Below are positions 1-9,717 of a stretch of DNA of 64,000 nt, piece after piece. The number at the start of each line of letters is the position of its first letter. Within the stretch, counting starts at the first letter, position 1. A model generated the notes under the pieces. That model ran no database searches and was not told where the DNA came from. It saw only the letters and a program-made list of their open reading frames with translations. The translations under genes were made by a program, and so were the position numbers. This DNA is from Kineosphaera sp. (GTDB lineage Bacteria > Actinomycetota > Actinomycetes > Actinomycetales > Dermatophilaceae): assembly GCA_039812485.1 (NCBI GenBank), contig JBDIAP010000002.1, forward strand, positions 33 through 64,032. The letters run 5' to 3'.

Positions 1-1386
1 GCCACGCCGGGCACGCCGGGCACGCCGGTGTCGGCCAGCGAGGCCCTGGCCGCCATGCGCGCCCAGGCGCCGGCACCCGCGCAGGACTCCCAGGCGCCGA
101 CGCCCACGGGCACGATGTCGGCCACCGACGCCCTCGCGGCCCTGAAGGCCCAATCCGCGTCTCCAGCGAAGCCGTCGGATCAGTCCGGCGCTCCGCCCGC
201 GACGCCCACCGGCACGATGTCCGCGACCGACGCCCTCGCGGCCCTGCGGGCCCAATCCGGGTCTCCGGCGAAGCCGCCGTCGGATGACTCCGGTGCTCCG
301 CCCGCGACGCCCACCGGCACGATGTCCGCGACCGATGCCCTCGCGGCCCTGCGGGCGCAGTCGAGTGCGGCCTCGCAAGCCCCTGCCGCCAAGGCCTCTC
401 CCGCCGACACTGCTCCGGCCGGAGCATCTGACGCCGGAGCATCTGACGCCGGAGCGTCCGACGCCGGAGCATCTGTTGACGAGGTGCCGGCCACGACACC
501 CGCTGCCCCGACGACGCCCAGCCCGCAGGCGACCGCGTCGACTCCGGTCTCGATGCCGACGGGCAGGATGACCGCGACGGAAGCCCTGGCCGCCCTCGCC
601 GCACTGTCGGGCCGCCCCGCGGCGCCGACGGCGCAACGCACGGCCCCCGAGCCCCCGGCTCCCGCGCCCGCCCCGCCGTCGGCTCCCGAGCCGGAGGCAC
701 ACACCCCCGAGCCCGCACCGCCCGCTCCCGCATCTGCCCCTCCCACACCGCCCCCTGCCACACCCACCTCTGCCACACCGACCTCTGCCACCCCGACGGG
801 TGTGGCCCCGGCGCCGGTCGCCGCGCCTCCTGCGACCACCGCCCCGCCGCCTGCGCCCCCAGCGCGGGCCACGGGACACACGCCCGACCGGCCGACGGCC
901 GCCTTCACCATGCCGTCGGGCCGGATGTCTGCCTCCGAGGCCCTGGCCCTCCTCAGGAGCCACGGAGGTGCGCCGGTCACCGAGACGGCACCGCAGGCGC
1001 CGGCCGCCGAGACGGCCCGCCCGACGGGTGAGCCCGCTTCGACCCCACCGGAGCCCCAAGAGCCCCAGCCCCAAGAGCCCCAGCCCCAAGAGCCGGAGTC
1101 ACAGGCACCCGAGCGGCAAGCGCCCGATCGGCAGGCACCGCAGGGCCAGGCGCAGGCTCCCCTACCGGAGACACCTGCGGCACCTGCTGCCGCGACGGTG
1201 CCAGTGGAGCGGTCGGCCGCCCCCGCCCCCGCCCCCGCCCCTGCGGCCGCGCCGACGCCGGCGCAGGACGCGACGGCCCGGCCGACGACCTCCGCCACGC
1301 CTCAGGCCTGGCAGCGCCTCATCGACGCGGCGAACGGCAGGCCGATCTCGTCCTCGGAGGCCATGAAGATCCTGCGGGGCGAGTGA
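1..1386 (+). CDS. Pro/Ala-rich disordered protein with a repeated MSA(T/S)(D/E)ALAxL(R/K) motif; probably 5'-truncated by the window edge
   Basis: The frame is open from base 1. The motif recurs at nt 28, 115, 217, 322, 568, 925 and 1345. The stop codon is followed by a hairpin. Confidence 0.7.
   Translation, partial: ATPGTPGTPVSASEALAAMRAQAPAPAQDSQAPTPTGTMSATDALAALKAQSASPAKPSDQSGAPPATPTGTMSATDALAALRAQSGSPAKPPSDDSGAPPATPTGTMSATDALAALRAQSSAASQAPAAKASPADTAPAGASDAGASDAGASDAGASVDEVPATTPAAPTTPSPQATASTPVSMPTGRMTATEALAALAALSGRPAAPTAQRTAPEPPAPAPAPPSAPEPEAHTPEPAPPAPASAPPTPPPATPTSATPTSATPTGVAPAPVAAPPATTAPPPAPPARATGHTPDRPTAAFTMPSGRMSASEALALLRSHGGAPVTETAPQAPAAETARPTGEPASTPPEPQEPQPQEPQPQEPESQAPERQAPDRQAPQGQAQAPLPETPAAPAAATVPVERSAAPAPAPAPAAAPTPAQDATARPTTSATPQAWQRLIDAANGRPISSSEAMKILRGE
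100..360 (+). repeat. Three near-tandem coding repeats with periods of 102 and 105 bp
   Basis: acgcccac(g/c)ggcacgatgtc..accga(c/t)gccctcgcggccctg starts at 100, 202 and 307. Confidence 0.85.
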
Positions 1387-1398
1387 CACCTTCGCGAA

Positions 1399-1430
1399 CG
1401 GCCCGGGCCTGCGTCGAGCAGCCCGGGCCG
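1399..1430 (+). terminator. GC hairpin, probable terminator
   Basis: cggcccgggc-N12-gcccgggccg lies just after the stop at 1386. Confidence 0.55.
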
Positions 1431-1579
1431 ACGCCTGCCGGCCCCCTGTCGACCCCCGCTCGCGCCCCGGCACGCCGCGCCCGCAGTGTGGACAGATCGT
1501 CCATCTAGTGGGACCGTGTGCGAGGCCGCCGCGCCGACGCGACGCGGCACGAAGCACTCACCCGGACAAGGGGACCCAC

Positions 1580-2869
1580 ATGTCTGCGATCGACGACAGG
1601 CGTCAGGAGCCGATGGGCCGCGTGGCGCTGGCGAGCCTCATCGGCACGACGATCGAGTTCTTCGACTTCTACGCCTACGGCATCGCCGCGGCCCTCGTGC
1701 TCAACACCGCCTTCTTTCCCGAGCTGTCCGAGACCGCCGGCACGCTCGCGGCCTTCTCGACGTTCGCCGTCGCCTTCCTCGCGCGGCCGATCGGCTCGAT
1801 GATCTTCGGCCACTGGGGCGACCGGGTCGGTCGCAAGTCCGTGCTCATCGTGTCGCTGCTGCTCATGGGCCTGTCGACGGTCGCGATCGGGCTCGTGCCC
1901 GACTACCACGCCATCGGGTTGAGCGCGGCGGTCATCCTCGTCGTGCTGCGCGTGCTGCAGGGCATCGGCCTCGGCGGCGAGTGGGGCGGGGCGGCGCTGC
2001 TGGCCACCGAGCACGCCCCCGAAGGCAAGCGCGGCTTCTACGGCATGTTTCCGCAACTCGGCCCGGCGGTCGGCTTCATCGCCGCCAACGCCGTCTTCCT
2101 CGTCGTGCGGCTCAACCAGGACGCGCAGACGTTCGCCGCCTGGGGGTGGCGCGTCCCCTTCGTCTCGAGCGTCGTGCTCGTCGCGGTCGGCCTGTGGATC
2201 CGCGTGCGCATCTCGGAGACGCCGGTCTTCCAGCGCGTCATGGACGCCAACGACCAGGCGCGGGTGCCGGTCGCCGACGTGTTCCGTCACGAGTGGCGAC
2301 ACCTGTTGCTCGGCGCCGGCGTCATGACGGTCCAGTACACGCTCTTCTACACCGCGACGACCTACTGCCTCGCCTACGGCACGAAGACCCTCAAGATCCC
2401 GCAGACGACGATGCTCACGCTGACGATGCTCGCGGTGCTGGCGCTGGCCGCAGGCACGATCATCAGCTCGCCGCTCTCGGACCGCGTCGGCCGCAAGCGC
2501 GTCATCGTCGCCGGCTCCGCGGCCGGGATCGTCTGGGGCCCGCTCATGTTCCCGCTCATGAACTCAGGCAGCCTCCCGCTCGTCTGGCTCGCACTCGCCG
2601 GTGCGCTCGGCATCATGGGCCTGTGTTTCGGGCCGATGGCGGCGTTCCTGCCCGAGCTCTTCCCCACCCGGTTCCGCTACAGCGGCGCGGGCATGGCGTA
2701 TTCGATCGGGGGCATCCTGGGCGGCTCGCTTCCCCCGATCGTCGCGACCGCGTTGCAGGCCCGGTTCGGCTCCACCGCCGTCGGTCTCTATGTCGCGGCC
2801 GTGGCCCTCGTGTCGCTGCTGTGCGCCCTGGCGGTGCGCGAGACCGCGCACCGCGGGCTTGAGCACTGA
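1580..2869 (+). CDS. MFS metabolite:H+ symporter (MHS family)
   Basis: GTTIEFFDF, motif A (GHWGDRVGRK), GGEWGGA, about 12 hydrophobic segments. ATG at 1580 follows aagggga. Confidence 0.9.
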   Translation: MSAIDDRRQEPMGRVALASLIGTTIEFFDFYAYGIAAALVLNTAFFPELSETAGTLAAFSTFAVAFLARPIGSMIFGHWGDRVGRKSVLIVSLLLMGLSTVAIGLVPDYHAIGLSAAVILVVLRVLQGIGLGGEWGGAALLATEHAPEGKRGFYGMFPQLGPAVGFIAANAVFLVVRLNQDAQTFAAWGWRVPFVSSVVLVAVGLWIRVRISETPVFQRVMDANDQARVPVADVFRHEWRHLLLGAGVMTVQYTLFYTATTYCLAYGTKTLKIPQTTMLTLTMLAVLALAAGTIISSPLSDRVGRKRVIVAGSAAGIVWGPLMFPLMNSGSLPLVWLALAGALGIMGLCFGPMAAFLPELFPTRFRYSGAGMAYSIGGILGGSLPPIVATALQARFGSTAVGLYVAAVALVSLLCALAVRETAHRGLEH

Positions 2870-2964
2870 CCGCACGGCACGATCTTGAGAGGCCAGTCAG
2901 CGGCCACGATCTGACCTGAACAGGCACCAGACTCGGGGCATCACCTCACCGAAGGAGCCCGCAC

Positions 2965-3573
2965 ATGCCGCTCATGGTCACCCCCGCCGTCCGTAGCGAG
3001 TCCGACGACCTCGTCGCCTACGTCGCCCAGCAGCTCCAGGCGATCCGCAACAGCGCCTACGGCCTCACCGAAGAGCAGGCCCGCGCCACGCCGTGCGCCA
3101 GCGCCCTGTCGATCGGCGGCATCGTCAAGCACTGCACCTATGTCGCCCGCGGCTGGCGCCGCCGCGCAGACGCCGCGAGCGAAGGACCGATGGATCCCGC
3201 CGCGTTCGCCGAGCACGCGGCCGCGTTCATGAGCAGCTTCGCGCTCGGCGACGGCGAGACGCTGGTGGGAGCGCTGGCCGACTACGACGCCGCGGGGGCG
3301 GCGCTGCTCGACGAGCTGCGCCGCCTCGAGCCCGACGCCGACGTGCACGAGCCCGCAGCGCCCTGGGACGGTCGCCCGGACCCGCTGCCCACCAAGGCCC
3401 GCTATGCCGTGCTGCACCAGGTCGAGGAGTTCGCGCGGCACGCCGGACACGCCGACATCATCCGTGAGCAACTCGACGGAGCGACCGCCGGCGGCCTCGA
3501 CCTCGCGGTGACGGGGCGCCCGGGCAATGCGTTCGTGCAGCCGTGGACGCCTCCGCAGCCGGCGACGAGCTGA
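2965..3573 (+). CDS. DinB/DUF664 family protein (mycothiol transferase-like)
   Basis: SIGGIVKH and EEFARHAGHADIIREQLDG motifs; RBS gaaggag. Confidence 0.85.
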   Translation: MPLMVTPAVRSESDDLVAYVAQQLQAIRNSAYGLTEEQARATPCASALSIGGIVKHCTYVARGWRRRADAASEGPMDPAAFAEHAAAFMSSFALGDGETLVGALADYDAAGAALLDELRRLEPDADVHEPAAPWDGRPDPLPTKARYAVLHQVEEFARHAGHADIIREQLDGATAGGLDLAVTGRPGNAFVQPWTPPQPATS

Positions 3574-3664
3574 CCGGGGACCGCGCGGTCCCGGCGAGCC
3601 GGCACCTCAGCTGGGCGAGCTGACCCGGGCACCGCGCGGTCGCGCCGAGCCGGCGCCTCAGCTG
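3566..3664. repeat. Tandem duplication of about 50 bp between convergent genes
   Basis: cgagctgaccggggaccgcgcggtcccggcgagccggcacctcagctg is followed by cgagctgacccgggcaccgcgcggtcgcgccgagccggcgcctcagctg. Confidence 0.8.
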
Positions 3665-5670
3665 TGGACCACGTCGTCCTCGTCCTCGTCGACCATCGCC
3701 CCGGCGAACTGCGCGTTGTAGAGCCGCGCATAGGCCCCGCCGGCGGCGAGCAGCTCGTCGTGCGAGCCCTGCTCGACGATGCGGCCGGCCTCCATGACGA
3801 GGATGAGGTCGGCGTCGCGGATCGTCGAGAGCCGGTGCGCGATGACGAAGCTCGTGCGGTCGCTGCGCAGCGCCGCCATCGCCTGCTGCAGCAGCAGCTC
3901 CGTGCGCGTGTCGACCGAGCTCGTCGCCTCGTCGAGGATGAGCAGCGACGGCGCCGACAGGAACGCCCGCGCGATCGTGATGAGCTGGCGCTCACCGGCC
4001 GAGACGTTCGTGCCGTCGTCGTCGATGACCGTGTCATAGCCGTCGGGCAGGTGGCACACGAACCGGTCGACATACGTCGCCTCGGCCGCCGCCCGGATGT
4101 CGGCCTCGCTCGCGTCGGGCCGCCCGTAGGCGATGTTGTCGCGGATCGTGCCCTTGAAGAGCCACGCGTCCTGCAGCACCATCCCGATCTCGTCGCGCAG
4201 CTCGTGCCGCGACAGGTCGGTGATGTCGACGCCGTCGAGCGTGATGCGCCCGGCGTCGAGCTCGTAGAACCGCATGATGAGGTTGACCAGTGTCGTCTTG
4301 CCGGCGCCGGTCGGCCCGACGATCGCGACGGTCTGGCCCGGCTCGGCGATGAGCGAGAGGTCTTCGATGAGCGGCGTGTCGGGGGTGTAGGAGAAGCTCA
4401 CGTGCTCGAACTCGATGCGCCCGCAGGCGCCCTCGACCACCGGCCCCGACGCCTCGGGCACCTGCTCCGGAGCGTCGAGCAGCTCGAACACCCGCTCGGC
4501 CGAGGCGACGCCGGACTGCAGCAGGTTGGCCATCGACGCCACCTGGGTCAGCGGCTGCGTGAACTGCCGCGAATACTGGATGAACGCCTGCACGTCGCCG
4601 AGCGACAGCGCGCCCGCCGTCACCCGCAGGCCGCCCACGACCGCGACGAGCACATACGACAGGTTGCCGACGAAGAACATGATCGGCATGATCATGCCGC
4701 TGACGGCCTGGGCCCCGAAGCTCGCGTCGCGCAGCTCCCGGTTGGTGCGCTCGACGTCGGCGACGACCTGCTCGCGCCGACCGAAGACCGTGACGAGTTC
4801 GTGGCCGGTGAACGCCTCCTCGATCTGGCCGTTGAGGGCGCCGGTGCGGTCCCACTGCCGGATGAAGAGCTTCTGGCTGCGCTTGGCGACGAACGCCGTG
4901 ACGCCCACCGACAGCGGGATCGAGATGAGCGCAATGAGCGTGAGCAGCGGGCTGATCCACAGCATGAGCACGAGGATCGCGACGACGGTGACGACCGCGT
5001 TGAGCAGCTGCCCGAACGTCTGTTGCAGGCTCTGCCCGAGGTTGTCGATGTCGTTGGTGACGCGGCTCAGCAGCTCTCCGCGCGGGCGCGTGTCGAAGTA
5101 GCTCAGCGGCACCCGGTGCAGCTTGTCCTCGACGTCGCGGCGCAGCGCGCGCATCGCGTTGACCGCCACGTGGTTGAAGGCGCGCCCGGCGACCCACATG
5201 AGCAGCGAGGACGCGACATACAGGGCCAGGACGAGCAGGAGGATGCGCCCGAGGGCGCCGAAGTCGATGCCCGCTCCAGGCACGAGGTCCATCGCCGCGA
5301 GCATGTCGGCCATCGTCGTCTCGCCGGAGGCACGCAGCCCGGCGACGACCTGCTCCTTGCTCGCGCCGGCCGGCAGTCGGCTGCTGATGAAGCCGGCGAA
5401 GATGAGGTCGGTGCCCTGGCCGAGGACCTTCGGCCCGAGGGTCGTGAGGATGACCGACGCCACGGTCAGCAGGAAGCCGCAGCCGAGGGAGAGCCGGAAG
5501 GGCGCGAGCCGCCGCGCGAGCCGGGCGGTGGAGACGCGGAAGTTCAGCGACTTCTCGACGGGCATCCCCATGCCCCCGGGGCCGCCGCTGCGTCCGGGGC
5601 CGCGCCCACCGGGAGGCGGCCGCAGGGGCCCGCTGCGGGCCGGGGAGGTGCGCACCGACGGGGCGCTCAT
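3658..5670 (-). CDS. ABC exporter, TMD+NBD half (consensus catalytic subunit)
   Basis: GPTGAGKTT, VSAGERQ, LDEATSSVD, IAHR. The ATG overlaps the upstream stop. Confidence 0.92.
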   Translation of the reverse strand: MSAPSVRTSPARSGPLRPPPGGRGPGRSGGPGGMGMPVEKSLNFRVSTARLARRLAPFRLSLGCGFLLTVASVILTTLGPKVLGQGTDLIFAGFISSRLPAGASKEQVVAGLRASGETTMADMLAAMDLVPGAGIDFGALGRILLLVLALYVASSLLMWVAGRAFNHVAVNAMRALRRDVEDKLHRVPLSYFDTRPRGELLSRVTNDIDNLGQSLQQTFGQLLNAVVTVVAILVLMLWISPLLTLIALISIPLSVGVTAFVAKRSQKLFIRQWDRTGALNGQIEEAFTGHELVTVFGRREQVVADVERTNRELRDASFGAQAVSGMIMPIMFFVGNLSYVLVAVVGGLRVTAGALSLGDVQAFIQYSRQFTQPLTQVASMANLLQSGVASAERVFELLDAPEQVPEASGPVVEGACGRIEFEHVSFSYTPDTPLIEDLSLIAEPGQTVAIVGPTGAGKTTLVNLIMRFYELDAGRITLDGVDITDLSRHELRDEIGMVLQDAWLFKGTIRDNIAYGRPDASEADIRAAAEATYVDRFVCHLPDGYDTVIDDDGTNVSAGERQLITIARAFLSAPSLLILDEATSSVDTRTELLLQQAMAALRSDRTSFVIAHRLSTIRDADLILVMEAGRIVEQGSHDELLAAGGAYARLYNAQFAGAMVDEDEDDVVHS

Positions 5671-7397
5671 GCGACGCTCACACTCATCTGGGACTCCACG
5701 ATCTCTGCGTAGGTGGGGCACGTCTCGAGCAGCTCCTCGTGCCGGCCGAGCCCGACGACGCGGCCGCCGTCGAGCACGACGATCTGCTCGGCGTCGACGA
5801 TCGTCGAGACGCGCTGGGCGACGAGCACGACGGTGGCCTCGCGGGTGCGCGGCCGGAGCGCGGCGCGCAGCCGGGCGTCGGTCGCCAGGTCGAGCGCCGA
5901 GAAGGAGTCGTCGAAGATGAAGAGCTCGGGGTCGGCGACGATCGCCCGGGCGATGCACAGCCGCTGCCGCTGCCCGCCGGAGACGTTGGTGCCCCCCTGG
6001 GCGATCGTGGCGTCGAGCCCACCCTCCATGCCCCGCACGAAGTCGGCAGCCTGGGCGATGCGCAGCGCCTCCCAGAGCTGCTCGTCGGTCGCGTCGGGGT
6101 TGCCGTAGCGCAGGTTGCTCGCGACGGTGCCGCTGAAGAGATAGGGCCGCTGCGGCACGAGCCCGACGCGCTGCCACAGCTGCGCGGGGTCGATGTCGCG
6201 CACGTCGACCCCGTCGAGGCGCACGTGCCCGCCGGTCGCGTCGAAGAGCCGCGGCAGCAGGTTGACCAGCGTCGTCTTGCCCGCGCCGGTGCTGCCGATG
6301 ATCGCCGTCGTCGTGCCCGGGCGGGCGGTGAACGAGATGCCTTCGAGCACGGGCGAATCCGCCCCCGGGTAGGTGAACGAGACGTCGTCGAGCTCGAGCA
6401 GCCCGTCCGCCTCGGCGAGCGCGACGGGCGCGACGGGCGGCACGACCGACGAGCTCGTGTCGAAGACCTCCATGATGCGCTCGGCCGACACCGACGCCCG
6501 CGGGATCATCGTCGCGACCATCGTCGCCATCATGACGCTCATGAGGATCTGGATGAGATAGCTGATGTAGGCGAACAGCGCCCCCACCTGCATGTCGCCC
6601 GAGTCGACGCGGTGCGCACCGAACCACAGCACGGCCACGGTCGAGACGTTCATGACGAACATGACGATGGGGAACATGAGCACCATGAGCCGGCCCACCG
6701 ACAGTGTCGTCTCGGTGAGGTCGTCGTTCGCCGCGGCGAACCGGGTGCGCTCGTGCTCCTCGCGCACGAACGCGCGCACGACCCGGATGCCGGTGATCTG
6801 CTCGCGCAGCACCCGGTTGACGGTGTCGAGTCGGACCTGCATCTGGCGGAACAGCGGCACCATGCGCCGCACGACGAGCATGATCGCGGTGACCAGCACG
6901 GGCACGGCGACGGCGACGAGCCAGCTCAGCCCGACGTCCTCGCGCAGCGCCATGATGACGCCGCCGACCGCGGTGATGGGCGCGGCGACGAGCATGATGC
7001 AGCCCATGACGACGAGCTGCTGCACCTGCTGCACGTCGTTGGTGTTGCGGGTGATCAGGGACGGCGCCCCGAACTGCGCGAGCTCGCGCGACGAGAAGTT
7101 CATGACCCGCCGCAGCAGCGCCTCGCGCACGTCGGCGCCCATGCTCATCGCCGCATACGCGCCGGCGCGCACCGCCCCGATCTGGGTCACGACCTGCAGC
7201 AGGCTGAAGCCGAGCATCCACACCGAGACGGCCCAGATGTGGGCGGTGTCGCCCTTGGCGACGCCGTTGTCGATGATGTCGGCGTTGAGGCTGGGCAGGA
7301 AGAGCCCGGCGATGCCGGCGACGAGCTGGAGCAGCACGACGAGCGCGAGGGCGCCGCGATAGCGGGCCAGGTAGGTGCGCAGCAGACGACTCAGCAC
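5667..7397 (-). CDS. ABC exporter, TMD+NBD half (degenerate subunit)
   Basis: GSTGAGKTT, VSGGQRQ, FDDSFSALD, VAQR. RBS aaggag lies 5 nt before the GTG at 7397. Confidence 0.92.
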   Translation of the reverse strand: MLSRLLRTYLARYRGALALVVLLQLVAGIAGLFLPSLNADIIDNGVAKGDTAHIWAVSVWMLGFSLLQVVTQIGAVRAGAYAAMSMGADVREALLRRVMNFSSRELAQFGAPSLITRNTNDVQQVQQLVVMGCIMLVAAPITAVGGVIMALREDVGLSWLVAVAVPVLVTAIMLVVRRMVPLFRQMQVRLDTVNRVLREQITGIRVVRAFVREEHERTRFAAANDDLTETTLSVGRLMVLMFPIVMFVMNVSTVAVLWFGAHRVDSGDMQVGALFAYISYLIQILMSVMMATMVATMIPRASVSAERIMEVFDTSSSVVPPVAPVALAEADGLLELDDVSFTYPGADSPVLEGISFTARPGTTTAIIGSTGAGKTTLVNLLPRLFDATGGHVRLDGVDVRDIDPAQLWQRVGLVPQRPYLFSGTVASNLRYGNPDATDEQLWEALRIAQAADFVRGMEGGLDATIAQGGTNVSGGQRQRLCIARAIVADPELFIFDDSFSALDLATDARLRAALRPRTREATVVLVAQRVSTIVDAEQIVVLDGGRVVGLGRHEELLETCPTYAEIVESQMSVSVA

Positions 7398-8068
7398 GGG
7401 CACTCCTTGGGTGCATTCGGGTCCAGATAGTCGGTGTGGTCCGGCCTCGCGAGCTCGGCCCCGGCGGGCCCGTCACGGCGCAGGGCGCCGTCGAGCACGA
7501 GATCGGTGACGGCCCGGGGTGTCAGCCGGGGCGCGCCGACGTGCCGGGCGGTGCCGCCGAACGCGAGGATCCGCAGCACGTGAGCGAACTCCTCGGGCGA
7601 CAGCCGCAGGTCGGCGGCGTCCCCTTCGAAGAGACGCACCAGCGCGGTGCGCTCTCCCGGCGCGGCGGCGGGGGTCGTGGCGCTCGGGTCGGGGCAGCCG
7701 GGGTGCGCGTAGTGCTGCGGCGGCCCCTTGATGCCGAGGGGCCCGAGCAGCTCGAAGAGGCGGTCGAAGCGGTCCATGAGCAGCTGCGCCGCGGCCAGGG
7801 TGCGCTCTCGCAGCCCCGACGCGGGGTCGATCTCGCGCAGCGCGGACCGCAGCGGCACGGGGCAGGCGATGGCGCCGATGACGGCCTCGACCAGTGCGTC
7901 CTTGGAGTCGAACGCCCGGAAGATCGTGCCCTCGGCGATGCCGGCGCCGGCCGCGATGTCGCGGGTGCTCGGCATCAGGCCGTGCTCGCGCACGAGGTCG
8001 ATCGTCACCTGCACGAGATGCAGGCGGCGTTCCTGCGGGCTCAGGGGGCGCGCTCGGCCGGACGTCAC
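7391..8068 (-). CDS. TetR/AcrR family regulator
   Basis: HTH STRDIAAGAGIAEGTIFRAFDSKDAL. A TACCAT -10 box lies 6 nt before the GTG at 8068, suggesting a leaderless gene. Confidence 0.88.
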   Translation of the reverse strand: MTSGRARPLSPQERRLHLVQVTIDLVREHGLMPSTRDIAAGAGIAEGTIFRAFDSKDALVEAVIGAIACPVPLRSALREIDPASGLRERTLAAAQLLMDRFDRLFELLGPLGIKGPPQHYAHPGCPDPSATTPAAAPGERTALVRLFEGDAADLRLSPEEFAHVLRILAFGGTARHVGAPRLTPRAVTDLVLDGALRRDGPAGAELARPDHTDYLDPNAPKECPC

Positions 8069-8084
8069 CGCCCGATGGTAGGCG

Positions 8085-8100
8085 GAGTGAGCACTCACTC
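8085..8100. promoter_or_regulatory. Palindromic operator, probably for the adjacent TetR
   Basis: GAGTGAG-CA-CTCACTC lies just upstream of the -10 box. Confidence 0.7.
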
Positions 8101-8142
8101 ACAAACGGGTTTCTGCGCAACCGGCGCGGCTGCGCGATCCCG

Positions 8143-8799
8143 CTACGCCGGATCGAGCAGCGTGCGCACGAGGTGCTCGGCCGCCAACTCGTGCCACAGG
8201 CGGGCGCGCCGGAGCATGAAATGGCCTGCGCCGTCGACGGTTTCGAGCCCCACCGGCACGCCGTCCGCGCCGGCGGCGGCCACGAAGGCCTGCGTGTCGG
8301 CCAGCGGGCAGACGAGGTCGACGGTGCCGTGCACGAGCAGCGCCTGCCGCCCGCGCAGCGGCTCGTGGTCCTCACCCGGCGGCAGCCACGGGGCGAGCCC
8401 CACGACGCTACGCACCACCGGGTGGCCGGCCACGCTCACCGCCGTGCGTCCGCCGAGGGAGTGCCCGAGGAGCCCGACGGGCACCCCCGGCGCGATCGCG
8501 GCGAGGTCGTCGAGCGCGAGGCGCAGCTCGGCGGCCGTGGACTCGCGGGTCTCGTTCCAGCCGTTGTGCCGGTGCCGCACGCGCACGACCGCGATCCGGT
8601 CGCCCGAGCGGCGCCGGATCGCGGAGCCGAACGGCAGCATCCGCAGATAGGGCGCCCCCCACCGCCGAGCCTCGCGGAACCCCCGCTCGGGGCCGCCGTG
8701 CAGCATGAGCACGACCGCGTCGGAGGGGGTGTCGGTCGGCTCGAGCCGCAGGTGCGGCCGGCCCGCAGGAGGCTCGTCAGGCGGCGCGTCGGGCGGCAT
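8143..8799 (-). CDS. Alpha/beta hydrolase
   Basis: HGG oxyanion region, GHSLGG nucleophile elbow, then Asp (HGTVD) and His (GAGH). Confidence 0.85.
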   Translation of the reverse strand: MPPDAPPDEPPAGRPHLRLEPTDTPSDAVVLMLHGGPERGFREARRWGAPYLRMLPFGSAIRRRSGDRIAVVRVRHRHNGWNETRESTAAELRLALDDLAAIAPGVPVGLLGHSLGGRTAVSVAGHPVVRSVVGLAPWLPPGEDHEPLRGRQALLVHGTVDLVCPLADTQAFVAAAGADGVPVGLETVDGAGHFMLRRARLWHELAAEHLVRTLLDPA

Positions 8800-8820
8800 A
8801 CGCGCAGCTTAGACGTGGTC

Positions 8821-9396
8821 TCAGACGCGCGTGCGGTGGAAGCCGTCGTGCGACCGGCTCGCCGTCGGCCCGCGCTGCCCCTGGTAGTGCGACCCCCGCG
8901 CGGCGCTGCCGTAGGGCTGCTCCGCGGCGCTGCTGAGCCGGAAGAAGCACAGCTGCCCGATCTTCATGCCGGGCCACAGCTTGATGGGCAGCGTCGCGAC
9001 GTTGCTCAGCTCGAGGGTGACGTGCCCGGAGAACCCGGGGTCGACGAACCCCGCGGTGGCGTGCGTCAGCAGGCCGAGCCGACCCAGCGACGACTTGCCC
9101 TCGACGCGGGCCGCGACGTCGTCGGGCAGCGTCACAGTCTCGTAGGTCGAGCCGAGCACGAACTCACCGGGGTGCAGCACGAAACAGTCGTCGGGGTCGG
9201 CCTCGACGAGGCGGGTCAGCTCGGGCTGCTCCTGGGCGGGGTCGATGACCGCGTATTTGTGGTTGTCGAAGAGCCGGAAATAGCGGTCGAGCCGCACGTC
9301 GATGCTCGACGGCTGGATCATCCCGGCGTCGAAGGGGTCGAGCCGCACGCGGCCCGCGTCGACCTCGGCTCGGATATCGCGATCTGACAGCAGCAC
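8821..9396 (-). CDS. dcd: dCTP deaminase
   Basis: [44 protein letters not shown]. Confidence 0.97.
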   Translation of the reverse strand: MLLSDRDIRAEVDAGRVRLDPFDAGMIQPSSIDVRLDRYFRLFDNHKYAVIDPAQEQPELTRLVEADPDDCFVLHPGEFVLGSTYETVTLPDDVAARVEGKSSLGRLGLLTHATAGFVDPGFSGHVTLELSNVATLPIKLWPGMKIGQLCFFRLSSAAEQPYGSAARGSHYQGQRGPTASRSHDGFHRTRV

Positions 9397-9462
9397 GCGC
9401 GCCAGGCTACCGGCGCGGACGCGCGTCGGCCGCGGGCGTCCGGGGCCGACCCCGCACAGCGT

Positions 9463-9514
9463 CGGCGGATTCCCTGGACTTCATGGATCCCCTTGGGAAA
9501 CAAGGGATTCGCCG
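9463..9514. repeat. AT-richer imperfect hairpin element in the dcd/dacB gap
   Basis: Outer arms cggcggattccct and agggattcgccg; inner arms atccccttg and caagggat. Confidence 0.45.
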
Positions 9515-9717
9515 CAGACACGGGGCATACCGAGATTTTGCAGTCGCGGCGCTCAGGCCCGGCCCGCACGGGCCGAAGGGAGGTTCGCGAGCGCAGGGCG
9601 ACGTGCGACGTCCACGGCGGCCGGCGCCGGAGGGGGTGCCGGTCGTCTTGGACGGCGCACCCGGCCTCGCGGGGGGACTCGCTCGTCTACGCCGTCGACA
9701 GACAGGACAGCCTCGCG

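Noticed and set aside
180-1298. 372-aa minus-strand Gly/Ala/Val-rich ORF
   Set aside because: It is the mirror of the Pro/Ala-rich plus-strand ORF, which carries the conserved motif and the downstream hairpin.
3658-7476. 1272-aa ORF suggesting one fused ABC protein
   Set aside because: Its first half is out-of-frame shadow sequence. The real genes are 5667-7397 and 3658-5670, which overlap by 4 nt.
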